In this document: piece by piece, positions 1-9,798 of the stretch
Position numbering within the stretch: the first letter of the stretch is position 1
Layout: every line of letters begins with the position of its first letter
Origin: an uncultured Bacillales bacterium
GTDB taxonomy: Bacteria; Bacillota_I; Bacilli_A; RF39; UBA660
NCBI GenBank assembly: GCA_946539445.1
Contig: CAMNHK010000003.1
Coordinates: 1,746 to 65,745 of the forward strand
Direction: 5' to 3'
DNA: 64,000 bases
The notes under the pieces: model-generated
Seen by the model: only the letters and a program-made list of their open reading frames with translations
What the model was told of the DNA's origin: nothing
Database searches by the model: none
Made by a program: the position numbers and the translations under genes

Positions 1-997
1 ATAATTCCGTAAAAACAAGAGGAAGACCTGCGGAACAAGCAAGTTCTACCAAATTAACAGAAATAGCTAATAAAGCCGCTCCTACCAACGCTAAAAGAAA
101 ACTTTTTTCACTTGTGAATTTACGAATTCTTTGAAAAATAGTTTTACGCTTCTTGTCATCCACCACTTCACAACCACTCTCTTGGGCATTGAAATAACTA
201 TATAAATTCCATAATCCACCAGCAAGAGCAACAACCGCAATAAGATTACGAACCCAAACAATAGTCGTAATTCTAACTGCAATTTGAATCCAAGATAACA
301 TAATAAACATATAAACAAGAGCAGAAGTAATTAAAAATGTAAGACCAATAGCCCACATTCTACGTCGATCTTTCATTCCGATTAAGATACTAATTAAAAA
401 TAATAAAATCCACATAGCACATGGATTAAATCCATCAATTAACCCAATAAGAACAGCAGCACTCATCAAAGAAATATTCTTTAAATTAACCGATCCAAAG
501 GTGGGAACATCAATAGTTAATTCTTCATCACTCTCTGCTTCTTCCTTAGAAAAACCACTTTCTTTTTCTTCCTCTATATCCACATATTCCAAAGTACCAT
601 CTCGAATGGGAATAATAACATCTTCATATTCATGAGAAGAATAATACTCAATAGCCCTCTCAATTTTACTAGCAGTACTACTTCCAAATCCAATAATAAC
701 CGTCTTTCCAATCACTGTAGTTGGCACCCCAGGTCGTGTAATTTGAAAGGCTTTTTCCACTTTTTGTAACAGTTCCGAATTATCTTCGTTATACCATACT
801 TCATATTCTTGTATTACTAAATCAGGATATTTTTCTTTAATATGCTCAAGATACTTTTCTTCCTCTGCACAATGAGGACAACCATCTCCATGAAAGAAAT
901 ATAAAATAATAGGATTTTTTTCTTTGGCAAGAGCCAAAAAAGGAGTCATAAAAACAAAGAAAGAAACAACGATTAGTTGTTTAATGATCTTCTTCAT
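1..997 (-). CDS. Thioredoxin-fold domain fused to a DsbD/CcdA-like thiol-disulfide membrane domain (N-terminus complete, C-terminus runs off the left edge)
   Basis: Absent from the ORF track because its stop lies outside the window. ATG at 997..995. I checked every minus-frame codon from 997 down to 2 and found no stop. Translation starts MKKIIKQLIVVSFFVFMTPFLALAKEKNPIILYFFHGDGCPHCAEEEKYLEHIKEKYPDL (anchor/signal, then a CPHC redox motif). Later TM segments include LIGLIDGFNPCAMWILLFLI, the membrane-embedded Cys motif of the DsbD/CcdA family. Track ORF 91..318 is an out-of-frame artefact inside it. Confidence 0.75.
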   Translation of the reverse strand, partial: MKKIIKQLIVVSFFVFMTPFLALAKEKNPIILYFFHGDGCPHCAEEEKYLEHIKEKYPDLVIQEYEVWYNEDNSELLQKVEKAFQITRPGVPTTVIGKTVIIGFGSSTASKIERAIEYYSSHEYEDVIIPIRDGTLEYVDIEEEKESGFSKEEAESDEELTIDVPTFGSVNLKNISLMSAAVLIGLIDGFNPCAMWILLFLISILIGMKDRRRMWAIGLTFLITSALVYMFIMLSWIQIAVRITTIVWVRNLIAVVALAGGLWNLYSYFNAQESGCEVVDDKKRKTIFQRIRKFTSEKSFLLALVGAALLAISVNLVELACSAGLPLVFTEL

Positions 998-1256
998 CAA
1001 CCTTCTCCTCTCTTAAAGGACGTGATAAATTTTCATAAGTCATTTCTCCAGTAAATCGAGCAATTTCTTGGTCTCCATCAAAGAATAGAAATACAGGTAA
1101 AATCTTTCCCGGATTATACTCTTGAACCTTTTCTTCATCCATATCATAATCAAATTCAACCGCTTCAAAAGAAAACTCTTTTTTTAGACGATTCCAGTGC
1201 TTATTCATAATCAAACAAGCTCCACACCAAATAGCACTAATTTTTACTACTTTCAT
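981..1256 (-). CDS. Thioredoxin-family protein
   Basis: 91 aa. ISAIWCGACLIM carries the WCGAC (CxxC) active site near the N-terminus. The 3' end overlaps the start of the DsbD-like gene by 17 nt. Confidence 0.75.
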   Translation of the reverse strand: MKVVKISAIWCGACLIMNKHWNRLKKEFSFEAVEFDYDMDEEKVQEYNPGKILPVFLFFDGDQEIARFTGEMTYENLSRPLREEKVDEEDH

Positions 1257-2380
1257 ACATTTCTCCTAAAATTCAATTTCTCCAAGCATTCACCGAAAGC
1301 CTCTGCAAAGATATCGATTTCCTCTTTCGTAGTTAGATGAGATAAACTAATACGCATACTAGTTTTGGCTCTTTCAACATCTTGAGTAACCGCAAAAACC
1401 GCTTTGGAAAGGTTACTCGTAGAGCACGCCGTTTGGGTAGAAACATAAATACCCTTTTCTTCTAAAGCATGCAACATAACTTCACTTTTTATATTCTTCA
1501 AACTAATATTCATAATATGAGGAATACAATAAGAATTACTATTAATCCATACATCCAAAGAAAAAAGTTTTGTTAGTAAATAATCATGTATATTTTGTAC
1601 CTTTTGAACTTTTTCATCAAAATCTTCATAAGCCAGTCTCAAGGCCTTGGCAAAAGATGCGATTAAAGGAGTAGCAGGGGTTCCACTGCGATAAATAGTG
1701 GTACTTTTTCCTCCATGTATCAAAGGCTCAATCACTAAGTTTTCTTTTTTGATAAGAGCTCCTATTCCCTTCATACCATAAAATTTTTGACAAGAGATAC
1801 TCGCCATATCTAGAACCGAAAAATCCACTTTCACTTTTCCAATACTTTGTGTAACATCACTATGAAAAATAGTTTTTGGATTAGTATGAACAATTTCACT
1901 AATACTTTTTAAATCCTGTTGAACTCCTACTTCACTATTAACAGAAGCAATGGTAACAAGAATCGTATCGTCTCTCATCAATTTTTTTAAAGCCTCTAAA
2001 TCAACCAATCCACCTTTATCCAATGGTACAAAGTCTACTTCAAATCCTAAAGAAGTTAAATAATTTAAAGGAGCAATAACAGAAGAGTGCTCTAACTCTG
2101 TCGTAATAATATGTTTTCCTCTATTTTGATACTTTAAACATACCCCTTTAATAGCGGTATTATTAGCCTCACTTGACCCACTTGTATAAATTATTTCACT
2201 TGGTTTTACTCCTAAAATAGAAGCAATTTGCTCCGTACTAGCATCGATTAATTTTTTAGATTGAATTCCTAACGAATGAAGAGAATTAGGATTTCCAATA
2301 AATTCTCTACATACTTTACTATAAGTTTCAATCACTTCTTCCGCAACCGGTGTTGTTGCACTATAATCTAAATAAACCAT
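1253..2380 (-). CDS. Cysteine desulfurase (class V aminotransferase, NifS/IscS-like)
   Basis: Track ORF trimmed to MVYLDYSATTP (ATG at 2380, GAAAGAAGG SD-like sequence just upstream). Motifs: TSGSSEANN, PLP-lysine context SCQKFYGMKGIG, and C-terminal active-site Cys loop STQTACSTS. Confidence 0.85.
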   Translation of the reverse strand: MVYLDYSATTPVAEEVIETYSKVCREFIGNPNSLHSLGIQSKKLIDASTEQIASILGVKPSEIIYTSGSSEANNTAIKGVCLKYQNRGKHIITTELEHSSVIAPLNYLTSLGFEVDFVPLDKGGLVDLEALKKLMRDDTILVTIASVNSEVGVQQDLKSISEIVHTNPKTIFHSDVTQSIGKVKVDFSVLDMASISCQKFYGMKGIGALIKKENLVIEPLIHGGKSTTIYRSGTPATPLIASFAKALRLAYEDFDEKVQKVQNIHDYLLTKLFSLDVWINSNSYCIPHIMNISLKNIKSEVMLHALEEKGIYVSTQTACSTSNLSKAVFAVTQDVERAKTSMRISLSHLTTKEEIDIFAEAFGECLEKLNFRRNV

Positions 2381-2438
2381 AGAATACCTTCTTTCAAAAT
2401 CATTATAATTATTTTTGCTTTTTATAACAAGAAACCTG

Positions 2439-2459
2439 AAGTTGAATCCATCAACTTCA
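2439..2459 (-). terminator. Possible hairpin downstream of the 90-aa ORF
   Basis: GAAGTTGA-tggat-TCAACTTC on the minus strand (8-bp stem), followed by only a weak T-rich stretch (AGGTTTCTTGTT). Confidence 0.3.
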
Positions 2460-2462
2460 AGT

Positions 2463-2735
2463 TTATTTATTGGTATTTTGATAATAATCTCTTTCTGAAA
2501 TACAACTAGCAATCCAATCTAATTCTTCATCTACAATATCCATATCTTCTATTAGTTCTTCAATTTGAAATAGAATTTCTTTTAAGTTATGACAACTACG
2601 ATATGGTATTTTATATTGATCTAAAACTTCAATTTCACGATTCGTAAGTTGAATACCATTTCCAACATCTTGAAACTGACCACTTACAAAATCCATTTCC
2701 CCAATTAAGGAATCAATATCATATTCTTTTTTCAT
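2463..2735 (-). CDS. Hypothetical small acidic protein
   Basis: Start moved to MKKEYDIDSL. The ATG at 2735 shares one nucleotide with the TAA of the upstream gene (TAATG), suggesting translational coupling. No recognisable motif. Confidence 0.5.
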   Translation of the reverse strand: MKKEYDIDSLIGEMDFVSGQFQDVGNGIQLTNREIEVLDQYKIPYRSCHNLKEILFQIEELIEDMDIVDEELDWIASCISERDYYQNTNK

Positions 2736-3256
2736 TATGTGCAACTATACCCCTCATTCTTCAACCGAATCATAAGTTCCCCTTCTGTATAAGAATCACC
2801 AACTTTTAAAGCAATTACTTCGCTACTTTTGGTATTAGAATTAATAACCATTTGATAATTGTTATTAGGATTAAAACGAATATTATCTAATAAAACCAAT
2901 TCATTATGATTTACAATGATTTTTACCACAATTCGATTCTCACCAATCGTATATTTAACAGAATCTCCTAAATACCCTAGGGTACGATTAAAAGAATCTA
3001 ATAGTTGATTTACATAAGTTGGATTAGATGCATACTTTTCTGGCAATGAAACAATTTTGGTAATCTCTAACGAATCAATTTTCTTTCCATCCACAACAGC
3101 TTCCACTTCTTCTTGAATTCGAGTATCCGAATCAAAAGAAGTAGTCTTCTCACAAAAAACTTTTGTTTGTTTAATAGAACTAAACAAATAAACCATAATT
3201 GCTAAAATAATAAAAGTAAAGATAATGGGTAACGTCATACTTTTTCGAGTAGCCAT
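2735..3256 (-). CDS. Membrane-anchored hypothetical protein
   Basis: 173 aa with a single N-terminal TM (LPIIFTFIILAIMVYLFSSI) followed by a soluble domain. No recognisable motif. Confidence 0.55.
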   Translation of the reverse strand: MATRKSMTLPIIFTFIILAIMVYLFSSIKQTKVFCEKTTSFDSDTRIQEEVEAVVDGKKIDSLEITKIVSLPEKYASNPTYVNQLLDSFNRTLGYLGDSVKYTIGENRIVVKIIVNHNELVLLDNIRFNPNNNYQMVINSNTKSSEVIALKVGDSYTEGELMIRLKNEGYSCT

Positions 3257-3315
3257 TTCATATCACCTCATCTAGATTATACTACGTTTTTTTAAAATTA
3301 AAAAGGACTTAAAGT

Positions 3316-5658
3316 CTAATCTTTAAATCCTTCCCATTTCCAATTCTGAATATAAGGCATATCTTCTCCATATTCACGAATATATTCTTGATGTTTCTTT
3401 AACATATCATTGCACCAATCCACTAATACTTTACTAGAATGACGATATCTAGGTATTTCCTGAAGTACAGCTTGAATTAAATGGAATCGATCAATTTCGT
3501 TTTGAACACGTATGTCAAAAGAAGTAGTAATCGTTCCTTCTTCTTTATAACCATGAACATGCAAATTACGATTTTCTCGTTTATAAGTTAATTGATGAAT
3601 CAAAGATGGATATCCATGAAAGTTAAAGATAATTGGCTTGTCCTTTGTAAAGATTTCATCATATTCTTCATCACTCATTCCATGAGGATGAGTATCTGGT
3701 GATTGTAATTTCATCAAATCCACAACATTAACAACACGAATACGAATTCCTTTTACACTACGTCTTAAAATATCCACAGCAGCTAATACTTCTAAAGTAG
3801 GAGTCTCTCCACAACACGCTAAAACAACATCCGGATTCCCTTCATCATTACTAGCAAAATTCCAAACTCCTAATCCTTTTTTACAATGAACTCTAGCCTG
3901 AGTTTTTGTCAACCATTGAGGTCTAGGATGTTTCGAAGCAACAATAACATTAACATAGTTTTTAGAACGAATACAATGGTCAAAGCAAGACAATAAACAA
4001 TTGGTATCAGGAGGTAAATACATTCGTACTACATCCGCTTTCTTGGTAACCAAATGATTCAAAAATCCTGGATCTTGATGCGTATATCCATTATGGTCTT
4101 GTTGAAAAACATGACTTACTAACAAATAATTCAAAGAAGCAATTGGTTTTCTCCATTCAATTTGATTGCAAACTTTTAACCATTTTGCATGTTGACTTGC
4201 CATAGAATCCACAATACGAATAAAAGCCTCATAACTGTGGAAAAAGCCATGTCTTCCTGTCAAAAGATAACCTTCTAGCATTCCTTCACATAAATGTTCA
4301 GATAAGAAAGAATCCATAATTCTCCCATCTTTTGACAAGAATTCATCTGTATCTTTTATTTCATAATTCCAAGTTCTTTTCGTCTCTTCAAAAATAGAAT
4401 AAAAACGATTGGATAAAGCTTCATCTGGCCCAAATACACGGAAATTTTTATTTTCTTTATTTAATTTAAAAACATCACGAATAAAAGCACTCAATTCTGC
4501 CGTATCTTGCGTTACAATAGAACCAGGTTTTTTCACCTCTAGACAATAATCTTCCCAATTGGGAACATTTAATTCCTTTAAAAGCAATCCCCCATTGGCA
4601 TAACTACTATATCCCATACATTTTGTTAAAGGAGGACATAAAGCTTTTAATTCTTTGATAAGTTTTCCTTTCTCATCAAAAAAGAAATCTATTTTATAAC
4701 TTTTTAACCAGTTTTCTAATAAAACTAAATTCTCTGGATGTTCCCGATTTACAAGAATAGGAACTTGATGAGAACGGAAACTACCCTCTACCTTTTTTCC
4801 ATCGACTTCTTTAGGACCAGTCCATCCTTTTGGCGTTGTTAAAACAATCATCGGATAGCGTCCTTCTCCACGAGCTTGAATTTTTTCAATTTCACGGATT
4901 ACTTTATCAAGGACTTTAGCCATCTCTTCATGCATTTTTAAAGAATTCGTTCCACTAACAAAATATGGTTTCCATCCACAACCGGAAAAGAAATCCGTCA
5001 ATTCTTCACGACTCATTCGACCAAAAATAGTTGGATTCGAAATTTTATAACCGTTACGATGAAGTATTGGTAAAACCACTCCATCAGTCTTTCGATTTAA
5101 AAATTTATTGATATGCCAACTAGTAGCAAGAGGTCCTGTTTCCGCTTCTCCATCTCCTACTACACATGCCGCAATTAGATTTTTATTATCCAATACCGCT
5201 CCTGCTGCATGAGCCAAACTATATCCCAATTCTCCCCCTTCATGAATAGACCCAGGAGTTTCTGGAGCTACATGAGAAGAGATTCCTCCAGGAAAACTAA
5301 ACTGCTTGCATAGTCTTTTAAGTCCTTCTTCATCTTCCGAGATAGTAGGATAAAATTTACTATAAACCCCTTCTAAATAATTATTCGCAACCATAGCTTG
5401 GCCACCATGACCAGGTCCCGAAATATAGATCATTTTTAAATTATTACGCTTGATTACACGATTTAAATGCATATAAATAAAGTTTTGTCCTGGAGTAGTT
5501 CCCCAATGACCAACTACATTTGGTTTAATATCATCAATCGTAAGTTTTCTACGTAGTAATGGATTATCCAATAAATACATTTGTGCCACACTTAAATAGT
5601 TCAATACTCGAAAATATTGATCCATTAATTTTGCTTCATTTCTTGATAATACCGCCAC
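3316..5658 (-). CDS. xfp: Xylulose-5-phosphate/fructose-6-phosphate phosphoketolase
   Basis: 780 aa, the length typical for the family. N-terminal YFRVLNYLSVAQMYLLDNPLL, GHWGTTPG, ThDP-binding region HEGGELGYSL and GDGEAETGP. GTG start at 5658 preceded by AGAGGTG. Confidence 0.92.
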   Translation of the reverse strand: MAVLSRNEAKLMDQYFRVLNYLSVAQMYLLDNPLLRRKLTIDDIKPNVVGHWGTTPGQNFIYMHLNRVIKRNNLKMIYISGPGHGGQAMVANNYLEGVYSKFYPTISEDEEGLKRLCKQFSFPGGISSHVAPETPGSIHEGGELGYSLAHAAGAVLDNKNLIAACVVGDGEAETGPLATSWHINKFLNRKTDGVVLPILHRNGYKISNPTIFGRMSREELTDFFSGCGWKPYFVSGTNSLKMHEEMAKVLDKVIREIEKIQARGEGRYPMIVLTTPKGWTGPKEVDGKKVEGSFRSHQVPILVNREHPENLVLLENWLKSYKIDFFFDEKGKLIKELKALCPPLTKCMGYSSYANGGLLLKELNVPNWEDYCLEVKKPGSIVTQDTAELSAFIRDVFKLNKENKNFRVFGPDEALSNRFYSIFEETKRTWNYEIKDTDEFLSKDGRIMDSFLSEHLCEGMLEGYLLTGRHGFFHSYEAFIRIVDSMASQHAKWLKVCNQIEWRKPIASLNYLLVSHVFQQDHNGYTHQDPGFLNHLVTKKADVVRMYLPPDTNCLLSCFDHCIRSKNYVNVIVASKHPRPQWLTKTQARVHCKKGLGVWNFASNDEGNPDVVLACCGETPTLEVLAAVDILRRSVKGIRIRVVNVVDLMKLQSPDTHPHGMSDEEYDEIFTKDKPIIFNFHGYPSLIHQLTYKRENRNLHVHGYKEEGTITTSFDIRVQNEIDRFHLIQAVLQEIPRYRHSSKVLVDWCNDMLKKHQEYIREYGEDMPYIQNWKWEGFKD

Positions 5659-5702
5659 TAAAAAACACCTCTATTCTTCTTCATTATATAATAAAAGGCT
5701 AG

Positions 5703-5729
5703 AAAAAAAAAGAGGTTTTTAAACCTCTT
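5703..5729 (-). terminator. Intrinsic terminator of htpG
   Basis: Minus strand AAGAGGTT..AACCTCTT stem overlapping the htpG stop codon, followed by a run of 8 T (plus-strand A-run 5703..5710). Confidence 0.5.
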
Positions 5730-7608
5730 ATTTAGAAATAACATCGCAAATTAATTTACTAATTTCAGTCGGATTATCAATTGGTAAACCAGCAATAATA
5801 CGAGCCTCACTATAAAGAATTTTCGTATAGGTTAAGAACTCCTCTTTATCCTTTTTATATAATTTCTTTAATTTTTCAGCAATAGGATGTTTTTCATTAA
5901 TTTCCAAAACCGTTTGAGCTTTAATTCCCATATCATTTGGCATTGCATCAAATACCTTTTGCATTTCAATGGAAACATCACCTTTCGTAGTTAAACAAAC
6001 GGGATGAGATTTTAATTTATTACTAAAACGAACTTCATTTACTTCTTTTATTTCATCACACATTGCTTTTAATAATTCTTCATTATCTTCATTTACTTTT
6101 TTAGTAGCTTCCTTTTCTTCTTCACTTTCTAAGTCTAAATTACCATCGCTAACATTAACAAATTTCTTACCTTCATATTCTTGAATAGCTGTAATACAGA
6201 ATTCATCCACATAATCCGTTAAATACAAAATATCATATTCCTTATCACGAACTTGTTCTACTTGAGGAAGTGCTTGAATCTTATCAACAGATGCTCCTGA
6301 AGCATAATAAATTGCTTCTTGTCCTTCTTTCATTTCTTGAACATATTCTTGAAGAGTAATAAGCTTTTCATGACGAGAAGAATAGAACATAACCAAATCT
6401 TTCAATTTATCTTTGTCTTGTCCAAAATTATTATAAACACCATACTTTAATTGAACACCAAAGGTCTTAAAGAAAGATATATAAGTCTCTCTCTCTTCCT
6501 TTAACATATTTTCTAATTCTTTACGAATCTTACCCTCAATATTTTTAGCAATTAGTTTTAAACTTTGAGATTCTTGTAACAATTCACGAGAAATATTTAA
6601 AGATAAATCCTCTGAATCCACTACTCCTTTAATAAAGCTAAAATAATCTGGTAATAAATCCGCACACTTTTCCATAATTAATACACCATTAGAATACAAA
6701 GCAAGTCCCTTTTCATATTCCTGAGTATAATAATCATAAGGCGCATGACTTGGAATAAATAATAAAGATTTATAAGAAGTTATACCTTCTACGGAAGAAG
6801 AAATAACACGCAATGGTTTATCATAATCACTAAATTTATCCATATAGAAATTATCATATTCTTCATCAGAAACATCACTCTTTTTCTTTTTCCAAATAGG
6901 AACCATACTATTAAGAACTTCTACTTCTTTATGATCTTCATATTCATGTTTTTCTTCATCTTTTAATTCATGATGAGTAACTTCCATTTTAATTGGAAAA
7001 CGAATATAATCAGAATACTTTGTAACCAAAGATTTTAATTCATATTCTTCTAAATATTTAGAATATTCATAATCATCCGTATCTTCCTTAATATGCAACG
7101 TAATTTCGGTACCATGGTCTTCTTTTTCTGCTTTTTTAATGGTATAGCCATCAGCCCCTTCACTTTCCCATAAATAAGCATCTTCTGCTAAAACACTCTT
7201 AGATAAAACTTGAATTTTATCACTAACCATAAAAGCAGAATAAAAACCAACTCCAAACTGACCAATAATGTCTATTTTTTCATCCTTAGTCATATTTTCC
7301 TTAAAAGATAAAGAACCACTTTTCGCAATAGTACCTAGGTTTTCTTCCAATTCTTCTTTTGTCATTCCACATCCATTATCTATAATAGATAAAAGACGTT
7401 TTTCTTTATCGTAAACGATTTGAATTGCCAAATCTTTACGTTTTACCTTAATATCCTTATTAGTTAAACTTTCGTAATATACTTTATCCAAAGCATCACT
7501 AGCATTACTAATTAACTCCCTTAAAAAGATATCCTTATTCGTATAAATAGAATTAATCATTAAATCTAGTAATCGCTTAGACTCAGATTTAAATTCTTTT
7601 TTTGCCAT
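5728..7608 (-). CDS. htpG: Molecular chaperone HtpG (Hsp90 family)
   Basis: Start set at MAKKEFKSESK (ATG 7608, AGGAGA 7 nt upstream). Hsp90 N-domain signature LRELISNASDALDK, then IGQFGVGFYSAFMV. Length about 626 aa. Confidence 0.93.
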   Translation of the reverse strand: MAKKEFKSESKRLLDLMINSIYTNKDIFLRELISNASDALDKVYYESLTNKDIKVKRKDLAIQIVYDKEKRLLSIIDNGCGMTKEELEENLGTIAKSGSLSFKENMTKDEKIDIIGQFGVGFYSAFMVSDKIQVLSKSVLAEDAYLWESEGADGYTIKKAEKEDHGTEITLHIKEDTDDYEYSKYLEEYELKSLVTKYSDYIRFPIKMEVTHHELKDEEKHEYEDHKEVEVLNSMVPIWKKKKSDVSDEEYDNFYMDKFSDYDKPLRVISSSVEGITSYKSLLFIPSHAPYDYYTQEYEKGLALYSNGVLIMEKCADLLPDYFSFIKGVVDSEDLSLNISRELLQESQSLKLIAKNIEGKIRKELENMLKEERETYISFFKTFGVQLKYGVYNNFGQDKDKLKDLVMFYSSRHEKLITLQEYVQEMKEGQEAIYYASGASVDKIQALPQVEQVRDKEYDILYLTDYVDEFCITAIQEYEGKKFVNVSDGNLDLESEEEKEATKKVNEDNEELLKAMCDEIKEVNEVRFSNKLKSHPVCLTTKGDVSIEMQKVFDAMPNDMGIKAQTVLEINEKHPIAEKLKKLYKKDKEEFLTYTKILYSEARIIAGLPIDNPTEISKLICDVISK

Positions 7609-7641
7609 AAAATCATCTCCTAATTTTCTATACACAAATTA

Positions 7642-7670
7642 CTTATACCACTTAAATTAGCAGTTGTCAA
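7642..7670 (-). promoter_or_regulatory. SigA-type promoter of htpG
   Basis: Minus strand reads TTGACA (7670..7665), a 17-nt spacer, then TATAAG (7647..7642), about 35 nt upstream of the htpG ATG. The -35 hexamer lies inside the CIRCE spacer. Confidence 0.5.
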
Positions 7671-7683
7671 TAGAGAGTGCCAA
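7657..7683. promoter_or_regulatory. CIRCE-like HrcA operator
   Basis: TTAGCAGTT-N9-GAGTGCCAA versus the consensus TTAGCACTC-N9-GAGTGCTAA (7/9 and 8/9 matches, exact 9-nt spacer). Overlaps the htpG promoter. Confidence 0.6.
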
Positions 7684-7709
7684 AACATTCAAAAAAAAGG
7701 AAGGACTCT

Positions 7710-8612
7710 TTAGTCCCTCACAGTTTTATAATATTCTTTGGCTTTGTCTTCCAAACCATTTTGAGATGAAATTTCAAAGGTAGATGGTTGCTCCAAATAA
7801 CCTTGAGAAGTTTGAACCCCTCGAATAATTGCGAATACTCTAAAAGCAATTTCTAACGGTATTTCTTCATCCGGATGATTTTGATAGAAAGAAGCAATCG
7901 AAAAAGCTGTATCGTAATCTAGTTCGATTATTTTTCGAACAAGTGCATTGGTACTATTCAAAAAACTTTCTTTCTCTTTTGTAGCATTAGCCTTTTGTTC
8001 TTGATACTGTTCTAAATCTCTCTCCATTTTACGACAATATGTATCAATATCTTCTTTCGTAAACATTTGAAGAATCGCATTTTCCAAAGCAAATTCTGGT
8101 CGATTTGGATCTGCTTTTCTAATTCTTAGAACAATAGGAGCCAATTTCGTATTAGACATAGTTTGTAACATTTCTTCTAATTCTTCTTCACAAGCTTTAA
8201 TATTAATTCCTAAACTTTTTAAAATTCGTTGAGACGTTAATAAAGATTGTTTTTCTTTCTCTAAAGATTCTAATAAATCAGCATGAATAAATCTAGAAAT
8301 AACATTTTTATTAAACAGTTGAATTGTTTTATCGACTTCTTCAATACGTTCATCCAAATGAGAATATTTATCTCCTTGTCGATCTGTTTTTAATTTTTGT
8401 AAGAAACGATAAAGAGATGCATATTGACGAATATTCATCGCCTGACTTTCTAATTCATCTTGATAAGAAAGAGCCTCTTGACAAACATCTATTTTATCTT
8501 GAAAATATTTTTCTCTCTCACAGAAAGAAACACCTTTCATGAATGAATCCATAAACTCTTTATTTTGAAATAAATCATTTACGGAACGAATAACTTCTTC
8601 ATTATTAACCAT
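7710..8612 (-). CDS. Hypothetical protein (charged, probably helical)
   Basis: 300-aa uninterrupted ORF rich in E/K/Q. No motif recognised. Confidence 0.5.
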   Translation of the reverse strand: MVNNEEVIRSVNDLFQNKEFMDSFMKGVSFCEREKYFQDKIDVCQEALSYQDELESQAMNIRQYASLYRFLQKLKTDRQGDKYSHLDERIEEVDKTIQLFNKNVISRFIHADLLESLEKEKQSLLTSQRILKSLGINIKACEEELEEMLQTMSNTKLAPIVLRIRKADPNRPEFALENAILQMFTKEDIDTYCRKMERDLEQYQEQKANATKEKESFLNSTNALVRKIIELDYDTAFSIASFYQNHPDEEIPLEIAFRVFAIIRGVQTSQGYLEQPSTFEISSQNGLEDKAKEYYKTVRD

Positions 8613-8645
8613 TTGTTAATCCCCTCTTTTAAATAATGATTGAAT

Positions 8646-9059
8646 CTATTTTTTATAATTTCTAGGAGAAACTACTCCACTTTTCACAAGTTGCTTTCCC
8701 AAATCAGGAGAAACCATACCTCTTAAATCATAAAAATTTCTAGCCCATTCTAGTTTTTCTAAAACAGAAGGCAGAACATCGACCATGCAATCCAAATCAT
8801 AATCAATCAATTCCTGTAAATTATGAATTTGGTAAAAATCCAACACTTTTAATTCCCATGAATCAAAGATATGTAATTTAACAAACATATCACGATCAAA
8901 CTTAATATTCGGATTTTCGCTTAAAACTTGTTCTTTCTTTTGAATGAATTGATTTAAATCCTTTTGAATATCTTCGATGGTTCGATATCCAGAAATTTCT
9001 TTTTGGATAACTTGTAATTCCGGTAAAGAAAAGTCTGACAACATCTTCTTTTCCTTCAT
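8646..9059 (-). CDS. Hypothetical protein
   Basis: 137-aa ORF, 33 nt upstream of the previous gene on the same strand. No motif recognised. Confidence 0.5.
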   Translation of the reverse strand: MKEKKMLSDFSLPELQVIQKEISGYRTIEDIQKDLNQFIQKKEQVLSENPNIKFDRDMFVKLHIFDSWELKVLDFYQIHNLQELIDYDLDCMVDVLPSVLEKLEWARNFYDLRGMVSPDLGKQLVKSGVVSPRNYKK

Positions 9060-9172
9060 ACCTATACCCCCTCAATTGGTAGACATATTATACCACAAAA
9101 CAACAAAAAAATCAATTTATATTTATTAACCACAAGGTTTTTAGTATAATGAAAATAGGAAGAAGGGATAAA

Positions 9173-9772
9173 ATGAATATGAACTTTCATTGGGAATTAG
9201 ATTTTAACTCTCCTGTTATTATCAGTTATTTAGGAATCAGTCTAATTGCCTGCATCTTAAACTATCTAACAAGAGGTGGTACTAATAAACTACTATTTTC
9301 TTGCTACAGAAGTTCCATCTGGAATCCCTTTACCTATATACGTATGTTCACCCATTGCATTGGCCACAAAGATTGGGAACACTTTGTAGGAAATTTCTTA
9401 TATATTCTCCTAGTAGGTCCCATGATTGAAGAAAAATATGGCAGCCTCAATCTCATTATTATGTTTGCCATAACTTCTCTCTTAATTGCTCTATATAATA
9501 TTATATTCAGCAATTATCGAATAACCGGAGCCAGTGGGAATGTCTATATGTTAATTGTCCTTAGTTCCTTCTCCAATATATCCGAAGGAAAAATACCAAT
9601 AACTCTTGTATTAATCTTTATTTTCTATGTAATGGGAGAAATTAGAAAAGGAATACTAGAAGGAAATCGAAAAATATACCATGATGGCCATTTAATCGGA
9701 GCCATTTGCGGGATTCTATTTGGATTCTTATTTCTATATTACCCAACCATTTTTACAAGTCTTATCCAATAA
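9173..9772 (+). CDS. Rhomboid-family intramembrane serine protease (short form)
   Basis: Start moved to MNMNFHWE (ATG 9173 after GAAGGGA), because a TATAAT box at 9145..9150 overlaps the track start. Polytopic. GASGNVYMLIV gives the GxSG catalytic Ser context and HDGHLIGAICGILFG the catalytic His helix. Confidence 0.7.
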   Translation: MNMNFHWELDFNSPVIISYLGISLIACILNYLTRGGTNKLLFSCYRSSIWNPFTYIRMFTHCIGHKDWEHFVGNFLYILLVGPMIEEKYGSLNLIIMFAITSLLIALYNIIFSNYRITGASGNVYMLIVLSSFSNISEGKIPITLVLIFIFYVMGEIRKGILEGNRKIYHDGHLIGAICGILFGFLFLYYPTIFTSLIQ

Positions 9773-9798
9773 AAAAGAAGTTCTAACTTCTTTTTTTA
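9773..9798. terminator. Bidirectional intrinsic terminator between convergent genes
   Basis: AAGAAGT-tcta-ACTTCTT hairpin flanked by an A-run on the left and a T-run on the right. Sits between the stops at 9772 (+) and 9796 (-). Confidence 0.5.

Noticed and set aside
91-318. Track ORF of 75 aa on the minus strand
   Set aside because: It lies out of frame inside the much longer open frame (2..997) that encodes the Trx-fold/DsbD-like protein with clear motifs. It is a hydrophobic-looking artefact of the alternate frame.
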